Source: Magallana gigas (lineage: Eukaryota). Taken from it: 64,000 nt of DNA. Where the stretch lies: positions 25,482,001 to 25,546,000 of the forward strand of contig NC_088860.1 of NCBI RefSeq assembly GCF_963853765.1, in the 5' to 3' direction. The notes beneath the pieces are model-generated. The model saw only the letters and a list, made by a program, of their open reading frames with translations, did not search any database and was not told the origin of the DNA. A program made the position numbers and the translations under genes. This document shows, piece by piece, positions 53,402 to 64,000 of this stretch (position 1 is its first letter; the number at the start of each line of letters is the position of its first letter).

Positions 53402-55657
53402 CTGCGTACTCACGCACGCTTACGTAAAGACTTCTAAAACTCAAAGATTAAAACTGCCAAATATAATGTTTAATACAGTTTGATATGTTTATCAAAATAT
53501 CACATAAGGGCCGATTCATTGATATATTGAAGTAAATTGAACTGCTGAAGATGAAATACTATTGACTTAATATAAGTTTATAAATGAAACAACTGCAATC
53601 AGGCACTTCAATAAAACAACTGAAAATATAAAAAGAAATAATTGTTCATGCCTTGATATGAAGAAAATTGACATGCATTAAAATCAAGGTAACAATCAAA
53701 ATAATTTAGTAGCAATAGAATTCAACTTTTTACCATAACAAATAAAAAAGGGAATGGTTGTAATAAAGCGAAACATATTTGGGTTACATTTAAATGTACA
53801 ATAGATGGAAGAATAAAAATGTAAATTATAATTAATATACACACAAAAAAGTTTTAACAATGAAAAAAGGGAAACAAACCATCAGTAAGATATCAAAAAA
53901 GGTTATCATGTTCTTGTCTTTTAAATCTCTTTTTAAGATAAAACATCAATTTATTATTCAAACACTATATCAAAATAAATTGTTATGGAAAGTGTAGTTT
54001 AAAGAAAGACACTCCATCACAGAGGAGCTCATACATCACAAACGTGCATGTCATCAGCGTGGGAGAAGGTCATTAAGGAGACACAAATAGGACCTCTAAG
54101 ACAGGTGAGAGAAAAACGGCTCACCTAATATCTCGTACAAATCACCAGGTCCTATACGTATTGTAGTGAAGTACTGGGCTATTTCACAAATATCCCCTTG
54201 GGTGTTTTCTTTATATTTTTGTGCATTCACACCAGCTACTGTCATAATGATTCAAGCAACATTAAAATAGTTTTTCATTTTCTTGCTTCTTTTAAGAAAC
54301 AAAAGATCAAATGCTAATTTAATATACTGTAATGGGTTTCTATTTCATTAAATAAAAAGTCCAGTTTTAAAAAAAAAAGTTTCACAAGCCTAATATACAT
54401 CCAGGTACTAGAATCTAAACATACAGTTGCATTAAATGAAGTGTATCATTTATACCTTTACATGTATTTATACACAATTTCATAACACACAGCATTGCTA
54501 GGCAATCCATGCAAAGAGAAGCAATCGCCATCCACAATAACTTAAAGGGAAAATAACCCAAATATCCTAAGAGGAGCTATCATGATGAGTCGACATAATG
54601 CAATACACAGCAGCGAAGCTGTTTAAAATGTTGTCTTTATCATGCAATAACTTTTTTTCAATCTTGATGTATGAATGCATGTTTCCAAAGAATTTTTTTT
54701 TATAATTACAATCATCTGATTTTATACCTTTTGAGGAGGAGAAGGTCTTAAAGTCTATAAATGTCTATTTCGTAAAAACTGAAGAACTTCGAAGATGACA
54801 GTCCAGAGAATTGATTGAATATCGAAAACAACATGAATTTCTGTGGGGTCGACCACAGTTATTTGTAGTTTTTTTGTGTGCCGCTGATATATAGTTTGTG
54901 TGATTTGGGCTGATGTTGGTGTTCATTAAAATGATAATGTCTGTCTAATGCAGTAATTCCACAAAAATTGTTTTAATGATTTTGAAAGTGCAGATGGAAA
55001 AGACAGATGGAAAAGATATTCATTTTGTGTCCTTTTGCAAGATGGTAGCGACTGATACAATATATTTTGCAATAATTTATAAAACATCATGCTCCACTGC
55101 ACTTAAATTTATTCGTAGTACTGATGCTAACTCTATATTTCTTAAAAAACATAATGAAAATTGCGACATACGGTTATCATTTTTTTTGTATGTCTAGATT
55201 TTAAAGCGAAACCAAAACCTGTAAGTAAATGATATATGATAAGGATTCTTGGAGAATTAAGTACTAAGCATAATATTTTGTCACATTTACTGTATTAATA
55301 TGAACATTATTCATAAACTCTCTGTGCCGATATTACTGCCATTGTTGTAGACAAGAAGAGACGAGATTCACGAAGTACAGCTTGACATGTTTTTCTCAAC
55401 ACAATGATATACATATCTATCTACACCACAAAAGCATGATTCACTCATAAATATAAATTTCATGCAAATGAACGCCCCAAAAAACTCCAGTCGAATACGA
55501 TGTAAGCCAAATGACGCGTCGAAATGAAATAGATACGTATGTAGTAGAGATATAGTAAACACCGACCACAGACAAAAAATAGAGATAGAAAAACACGTAA
55601 TAAATCAAGGTAATTAAGTTACTCCCTCGCAATTTTTTAACACCACCTTACGTCACA

Positions 55658-55659
<2 letters not shown>

Positions 55660-55709
<50 letters not shown>
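55660..55709. repeat. (CT)n microsatellite
   Basis: Seen directly. Confidence 0.95.
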
Positions 55710-55712
<3 letters not shown>

Positions 55713-56603
55713 CCCATCCGGATTATTTAAGACGTACGTGGAAACTATATTGACCCAATATTTCATCCCAGGTGACCGTCTTTTGATCGACCCTTCGATA
55801 TGGTGCTGGCCACATACGGTTCACACGGTCTCCTGTCTAGTACAAATTCGTGTCAGGGACGAACGAGTGGAAACATTCGGTTCATTTACATGTGAGAAAG
55901 ACAGGCCTGTCCGTCAGGAGTGTTCCGCAAGATTATCACACGAGCCGCTTTGAAGATTCTATAACGGAATAACACAAAAATCATATCAGGCTTTAAAAGA
56001 TAACAACTTAATTAAACAATGTCTTCAGCCATCGGACAAAATGTTACCGAACAAAATGGATTAGAACAGCTGGGAAAATAGTTTACGTTTCGCAAAAAAT
56101 ATCTAATAATTCGCTGGACCAAGTACAAACATATAAATGTTGATTTTAACTATCTTGCAAACGTTATATCAATCCTGCTTCAAGTCAGAAAATATATTGT
56201 CTATCATAGAAACAGTTGCACTTTGCTTGAGAAATGAGAATAAAGAAAAACTATTCTCTAAAAGGCATTATCATTGAATTAAAAAAAGGAAACCAAAATA
56301 TACTAACTATCTTTTGTGGTGCAGATTTCAATACATCAACTGGAAACCAATTCGTCAAAACAACGGGCAACATCATTGTTGGTACATTGTAGTTCAAATT
56401 GGGTACGCACCTTTATTTATAAGAAGTTAAAACAGGGAATATCTTCAACAAAAGAATAGCTTTTGCTTGTGTAAGTGTGAAAAATCCAAAGAAATAAAGT
56501 TTTAAGGTGGAATAACATATCATCACAAAATGGCTGACTTCTGATGGAAACGACATTTCGTTTTAATAAAAGGATTTTATCGACGGTAAAATACAACTTA
56601 CTT

Positions 56604-56795
56604 TAACGCCGAGAGTGGATAAAGTGCCGGGCTTGTGATTCGTACACCCCGAGTTCAAATTTTGTTGTTACTTACTGAATTTAATTTTTTAGACATTCAT
56701 TTTTTTGTCCTCAAACTGCAAATTTTTCGCTTATTTGACATACATGTATCTTCAGTTTATTTATCATTATATCTTTCATAATCAAATAATTTACT
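56604..56795 (+). mobile_element. Degenerate tRNA-derived SINE
   Basis: A-box-like taacgccgagagtggataa (56604) and B-box-like gagttcaaat (56651), followed by an AT-rich body; no intact cloverleaf. The 3' limit is approximate. Confidence 0.45.
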
Positions 56796-56799
56796 ATTA

Positions 56800-56969
56800 C
56801 AGTAAACACGGTTATAGCGAACACGCTTATAATGAATTGACGCTTACAGCGAAGTGAATTTCATTCCCCAAGTCTCTATTTCATGTAAACTTGACGGATA
56901 TAACGAATTACGCTTATAACGAAGTTAAATTGGCCACCCCTGGTTCTTCGTTATAAGAGTGTTTTACTG
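56800..56969. mobile_element. 170-bp Tc1/mariner (pogo/Tigger-like) MITE
   Basis: TA target duplication (56798-56799, 56970-56971); TIR cagtaaacacggttatagcgaa / ttcgttataagagtgttttactg. Confidence 0.85.
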
Positions 56970-58204
56970 TAATATGAGTGACTTTATCCAGGTGTGTTTT
57001 CCACCTTAAAATACAAAATTCATTATGATCTTGGTCTAATATTTGAAAACAATTATGGAATGGACTACAAATCACACAATTATCATATAACACAATGTAG
57101 ATTGCAGTATATCATACTTAGTTACCATACACAGGTACTTTAAAGTAAAGATCCAGTAAATGAAAAGTGCCTACACGTTTATGAATTTTTTCAATAATGC
57201 TTTAAAACGATAGCTGTGTTGATAGGGTGTATCGGGCTTAACATTTAGTAAACACAATGAAAAGAATCATGTTTTCAATTGTCATTTTGTATAAATAAAG
57301 AAAGAAATAAGAGAAGAGTTTCAGAATTTTGTCCATTTTTGACTAATGAAATATATTTAGTCGCTTCACGTAGACCGTTGGTTTCTGATGACGGAACGTT
57401 GGACATTACAGTATTATAATGTATGTGCCATATACAAATAACTTGATATTGTTAGAATGTGAAAACCAATACAAGGAAGGGGATGCATTGACGAATGTGC
57501 AGGGGGTCTGTCACAGTTTGGTGTTAGCAGGGGGTCTCTGGTGTTAAGAAAACTATAGTTTTTTTGGGGAGAGATAATAAGCACAACATTCGCTGCCATG
57601 TTTAAAAAAGGCAGTCATACGTGCAATGTTTATTTCCACGTCTTTATGCTGTTTGATAAATAGAGATGTTATTGATAAAATAAAAAAAACTCTGCAAAGA
57701 AAAAAAAATACTCTATTTTTACCTGCGCTCCGACATGTACTGAAAGAATAACTCATGCAAATCACTGCTTTAGATCAACTAAATTAAAGAAAAAAAACAT
57801 CTCTCAAGGTGAACCTTGTGATTAATAAGATTGCATCGCTGAACATCTCACGGACTGAGTATGTGAACAAACAACATTTGATTGCTTAAGCAATTAGGCA
57901 GGATGCCATAGAAGTTATAACCTGAAAGAAAACGCACATAATCAACGCAAAACGACGAAGAGCTTGAATGTGGAATTTCCGATGCAGGAAGGCCTCTTAG
58001 GGATTACATTTCTTGTCCTGTGTGACTTATTTAGGTCCTGTTGCGATCAAAACGACCGCTTTGCTTTTATTAAATATTTTCATGAGTAAAACAAGAATAA
58101 CAAAATTCGAGGAAAAAACCCGACATTTATTTACAAGCATTTTTGCCCATTTAGTGGCTCTTGTTGCACTTTGTAAAGAACGATAAAGGTATGCAGAAAG
58201 CGTG

Positions 58205-58206
<2 letters not shown>

Positions 58207-58286
<80 letters not shown>
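58207..58286. repeat. (AG)n microsatellite
   Basis: Seen directly. Confidence 0.95.
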
Positions 58287-58288
<2 letters not shown>

Positions 58289-60035
58289 GTCGACATTTCT
58301 AATACAAAGAACGATAACTTGTGTTAATTTCGTTACATGACTGGTGTGATTTCCTGCTAAACACTTGGTCTTTAAAGACCATTTAAAACTTAGGTTGAAT
58401 ATTGATTAATTGTATATACTGGTAAAAAAATTATCACTTTCATTACATGACTTAGTAATTTTGAATTGCATGCTGAATAATTATAGCCACTAACTTACGA
58501 CCTATAGAAAGTCAAAAGTTTAAAGATTTTTCATGAAAAGGCACTTTTCTGTAACATCTGGAGGTGGTGTTAATTGAAAGTCTACAATAAGTAATAATTA
58601 CCCCTCATAATGAGAAAACTCACTTAATAGACAGGTACTAGCCTACGGTTCATTAGCACATTAATGTCTGGCACATTGTATAAAGGAAATGGGATGAGGA
58701 CGGGCGTAACGTTCAATGACTGCGTATAGGTGTCGCTGTACCGGACGTTAAAACAAGATCGAACTCGTAATTATTTAAAAAAGTAAAATTCGTTAAGAAA
58801 GAAAAGAAAAGAAAGGGAACTAAAAAACACATGAAAAAGTGGTGCTTAGTAAGATTCTTGAAAAAAAAAATAGTTTCGTAAAATTGCAAAAAGAAGAAGC
58901 AAAATAAAAACGTTACATTTTAGAGTTATAAAAAATATTTCAGGTCAACAACAGATGACACAGGGTGCCAGATAATAGACTTCTAAAAAAAGCAAACAAC
59001 TCCACCCCCCCCCCCCCCCCCCAATATACATGTACTGGGCTTTTACTTTTTTTTTTGTATTGTAGTCAACAAGAACAACAGAAACATTCAACGAGATACA
59101 AGGTAAGAAAAAATGGAAACAAGCTGGTCAAGAGCTCCAGCTTAATTAGAAAATGATTAAGATATTAAAAAAAACTAACAGACCAGCAGCAGCATTCCAA
59201 ATAAACCTCAATATAAACCGAGGAAACCACAAAATGGTTCAAAAGATACTGACAAATTGTCGTTTTGTAAGCCGCTGGTATGTTAGGAAACGAATAGGTA
59301 GAACAAAATAAATATCACAGAAGACCCATGGAGGTGTCAGAAAGAACAGGAATATAGGACAGAATATGGCATCATTTGCTAAGTTTGGTAAAAGATATCA
59401 ATGTAGCGAGAAAAGTAATAAAATAGACCTCACCAGTAAAAATTAAGCCCAATAGTAAATTAAAGGAGCATATGATGGCAACAAAATTGAAAGAAACAGA
59501 ATAACATTGCAATACCTCCAATTAAAAGACCCGTTGCAACCTGATTTGAATAACTACATGAATAAGATATAATTCAATTCCTTGTCAATTACACAATCTA
59601 ATATGTTCAGTAAACATATGTACTTGCAACGTAGTTTGTAACCATATTAGTTCAAAATGACAAATTTTCGTTTTAAACACTGATTTTTTATCGGAGAACT
59701 TTGATTATAATTAACATACAAAGGAAATGTAGTACTAACTTGAATGATACCGGTAACGAAGGAAAACCGTGCTCTACGATTATATGTCTTGAAAACGGTT
59801 GAATGAACAATACAAATACAGGATGAAGATACAGATGCATGTATATGCGTATTTAAGCGTTTAACTAAACAGGATTTACAAAAAAACAACACTACTCCCT
59901 GTAAGGCATCAACCATCTGCATCACTAAACAGATGTATGATAAATCTGCATCCCGGATGTTTTATTCAAAAATAACAAACTGAGTTCCCTTTTCATGTTT
60001 AATGAATTGCTTCAATACACGTCGCGTTACTTTTA

Positions 60036-60519
60036 AGGGGCATGGTCACGATTTTGGTCAAAAAATATTTTTTCGATTTTAATGTTTACAATGCTTCAGT
60101 TAGACATTTATGGTAGGCAACTAAAATTTGAATGTCGTTTGTTGAGTTTTAAGCGAGTTACAGAGCTTACAATTCTTTGCTATGTTAACAAAGCTTTTGT
60201 TTACATTTTGAATCTTTCAGTGAAAATTCCAGTTATAGACCTAAAATGAATGCATTAAACTTAGGAACAGTTTATTTATGGTTAAAATAAATAAGAAAAT
60301 AGACCTTGAAAACGGGTTTTACTGGTATATTCAACCAATGTAAACAAAAATAGGGCACGAGCCTTGTTTACATGACAAAGAATTGAGAACCCTGTATCTT
60401 GCTTATAACTCTACGAATGACTCTCAAACTCCATTTGATCATTAGAAATGCATTTCTTAAGCATTGTAAATAACTAAAACAGAAAAATAGAATTTGTGAA
60501 AAATCGTGACCATGCCCCT
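60036..60519. mobile_element. Non-autonomous TTAA-target DNA transposon (Kolobok-like)
   Basis: TIR aggggcatggtcacgatttt / aaaatcgtgaccatgcccct with TTAA on both sides (one A shared on the left). RR...YY ends with TTAA fit Kolobok rather than piggyBac (CC...GG). Confidence 0.75.
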
Positions 60520-63500
60520 TTAAAAGAGCTTTCGGAATGATCCGATGAATTTTGAAATTTCAATTACCTTTAGTAACACAGAGCATACATGTTCTGTTCT
60601 TTCGAGCTGGGAAAGTTGCATTGCGTTTTATTGTGAATATGATTTATTGGTATTTAGACTCTTTGGAATAAGATCCGGTGTCATATAATATTATAGATTT
60701 CATGATATTCAAGGCCTAAAAATTTCAACCAGATCAGATATGTGTGAGAGCATGCTTAGCAGTTATCCCATTAATCATTAATTTTTGGAAATCTTTGTAA
60801 TCTAGACACTGACTGTTTAACGAAAAATATTTTCTTATCAAGGCTATAAGACTTCTGATGGACCTGTGTGTAATTTTAATAAATTATAATTTATTACAAC
60901 ATTTACGTTTGTTTATTAAACATAGTCAATTTCCCAGAAAGAATTAGTAGAAATCAGTAGTTAAACATGCTATCAGTCACCACCAAACTGAGCAATGGAG
61001 AATCCGAACACAAGTTGACCCATACTTTAGAATTCTATGAATCTTTCACTCAAGTATTACTCCTATCAGCATTTAAAAATCTAACTTCTGTTGATGAAGT
61101 CCCATTTATCAGATTTTTTGCCAAATGCTGGACTATTCCACCCACCTACCGCCTTGGAGCAAAATTTGTGTGTTGAGCAATCGCTTTTTATAATGAAACT
61201 ATGGCTTCGAATGCTAGTTTATAATAACTAAACTAACTTAAATAAAAAAATGTATCAACATGCCATCTCTGTATATTTTTTAATTAAATGTAACTAGTAG
61301 TGATTGTGAGATGAACACTGCATGGGGAAAATAAAGAGTAAATAGAATGTTAAAAATTATCTGAACTTGTTGTAGCATACTTAATTACCCAAGCTGAAAT
61401 CTTACACATAATGATGTTCCATAATATTGTAGCAAATATAACATATATGATATTTTAGACTTCAGTTTGTATGAAATGGACACAGAATTTGACACATCTA
61501 TTTTTTTCTTTTTCATTTTTCAGTAAAGGGATATTCATAAATAAGTAATACTATATCTTCTTTCCAAATAAAAAAAAACCGCTTCCTCTCTTCTTCATTT
61601 AAAATACATTCATATCGGTAATTGTGGCAAATTGTATTAACATATATTTGTACTTTGGCAAATTTTTAGGATACAAAATACGCGGGATAACTTTCAGATA
61701 TGTTAGCGCTTTATATTTATTTTTTGTAGTACCAGCTTTAGCAAGTCCTCTGATATTCTTGATTTCTCTTTCTGCACATTATGTTTAAAAAGAGACGTAA
61801 AAAAAAGTTATGTACGTTATACAATTAGGGGGGTCTTTAATGAACGCTGTTTGTAAAGGGGTTTGTGGTGGTTCAAGAGGTAGTTTTGTTTTGTGATGAC
61901 ATATAGACAACCTTCGGGGTCAACTTTACAAAGGATTTCCTCCGTTATCTATGTTCACAGACATCTTTTTTTTATGAAAAAGATATGGTACAAATGAAAC
62001 AGCTTGCTTATGCGGTTATTCCTACCTCTGTTCCGCCAAGTATTTATCACAACTTAGTCTATTTTTAAGAAAATTTCAGATTAATATGAATTTACGAAAG
62101 AAATGGCCCAAAGGATATTCACCATAGTAATAATTTCTAGGTTAGCATTGATTTTTATCTAAACTGCACAGATTTTCTACTATTTCTATAAAATCTCGCT
62201 TCTCGATGAAGTTAAAAAATATCATATTCATATTTAAAAAAAAATATTTTAATCTCTAAATTGTTTCGCATAGCCATATATTTAAGACCATTTTAAAAGC
62301 ATGTTTGTTCACTTTTGTGTCTCCCTGACAAGTGAGATAGATATTAACTACAAATGCTGCTTGGTCCGATATTTTGGCTAATTTACACCAAGAGAATCGG
62401 TCTATATATGATATAAATAAAAATGATTTCTGTATGGGAATACAAAAAATTGTTTTAGAAACAATTCAATGAAGAGATAAGTACTTACCTTTCAGGCGAT
62501 GCACAAAACAGTATCAGCTATTAAAATGCTTTCTTTCATTGTCTATCATTTTGACAGATTTGCATTTTTTAGAAAATGGGGCGTAAACATATGAGTGCAA
62601 AAAACGTCATCTTAGGACAGGCATGAATACCCGGGCATAGTAAGTTTTACAATATTTTTTTTAAAGATTTTAAAAGAAGAATCATTTTTTCATAACTGGT
62701 AAAGCAATTTCTTCAAAGATTAAAACTTTTTGTAGATCAGTAATTCTATGATTTGAGTATTTTATTTGTGGTGAATGGTATTTTTTATGAAAATAAACGT
62801 GTTTTATATTTTTTCAATGATTGATTTATTGATGCTATATACATGTACATCGATATCGTAAGACGATTTATTTTTTATCAAAATGTTTCGATATGCCTGC
62901 GAAGAATCACGTTATGCAACAAATGATCTCATCGCACACGGAAGACAACGAACTGAATGACGAAATCACTTGCCCAAATAGTTTCATTGTTTCTGCAAAT
63001 AATCACGTAGATTGAATCGGTTTCAAAATTAAGGTTAATATTAACGTCATGGTAAATGCATTTACAATCATGAAGAAGGAGTAGCTTAATTCATTGACAT
63101 ATACATGATCGTGTTCACTTTTGCTGCATTGATATGTAGCGTCATCATCATACATTGTATTCAAACTAAGGTTGTATTCCGGAAACTTATTAATAAATTT
63201 CTAACAAACAATAATTTAAAAATCATCATGAGTATGAATCTTAAAATATTTAAAGATAAATATAAAGGTAAGATATGCCTTGAGTATAACTAAGTATCCT
63301 AATGCAAATTAAGAGGGCAGTAAGTAAACCTTATTTTTCGGCCATCTTTACATACAAAGCAGAGGCTGCATGGGACATCAAAGACTAAAACCCGTTTTAT
63401 AGTCTCTTGTCCTATTCTATATCAAATTTTATATACACTTTTAAAATAGTTTTGCTTAGGATGGGTATAATAACAGGCATTGCATTTGCCCTTTAAGATT

Positions 63501-64000
63501 TGCCCCCGACGTCGAACCGGGTATGGATGTATTACGACTTCGACATTCGTTAATAAATAAACGAAATAAGATTTCAAAAATGTTTTAGCAAACCAAAAAT
63601 AAACCTATGTCCCACATAGAAATATTTTTATTTACTTTAAAAATTTCTATTTTTGAAAGAAGGCATATTTTGCAAACAAGTGAAAGTCTATAACTTTCTT
63701 CCATAGTTGGTTTGCATGGAGAATGAATTGAATTTGTTATAGCCAAACATCATACCAACAAGCTTAATTTAAATTTTCCAACAAAACTACAACCATATTC
63801 GATACACTGTTCATTTGACATTATTTTCAAAATTTGATTTTTTGATTGAGTATTTATGAAATTGTGTAGTGTGTAGTGAAAAGTATGAACGGTGATGAAG
63901 ATGCTTTTGAGATACATGTACGACAAATATTGAACACATATTTGAATAAAATGTGGTTTAATAAATATACAGAGGCTATTGAGCAAAGTTGAACATAAGC

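Noticed and set aside
55600-55960. CRE half-site, TATTTAA and a 71-aa GTG-start ORF as a small gene
   Set aside because: No ATG start, no recognisable protein, and motif density compatible with chance.
56604-56665. Possible tRNA gene
   Set aside because: Boxes are degenerate and no cloverleaf can be formed; treated as a SINE head.

Overview
AT-rich eukaryotic genomic DNA with three N-gaps. The repeat content suggests a bivalve mollusc, probably an oyster (inference). There is one clear protein-coding gene: a two-exon EGR1/Krox-type early growth response zinc-finger factor, join(36992..37208,37989..39484), 570 aa, + strand. Its immediate-early promoter carries four CArG boxes plus Ets and CRE sites, and the leader has three uORFs if the inferred TSS is right. 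Upstream, a roughly 22-kb CpG-depleted domain (~13.7-35.9 kb) contains several minus-strand exon-like segments, suggesting a divergently transcribed, probably non-coding gene. The rest is intergenic and rich in non-autonomous mobile DNA: Helentron-type (HINE) elements with satellite-like monomers, a 5'-truncated L1/Tx1-like LINE inserted into one of them, TA- and TTAA-target MITEs, SINE remnants and microsatellites. The most unusual signal is a set of elements ending in a long palindrome whose apex is a GAA mini-hairpin with tandem G-A mismatches. Two copies of one family show flip/flop apex orientations, and one is broken at the apex next to a 140-bp duplication that preserves the empty site. 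No CRISPR array, rRNA or intact tRNA gene was seen.
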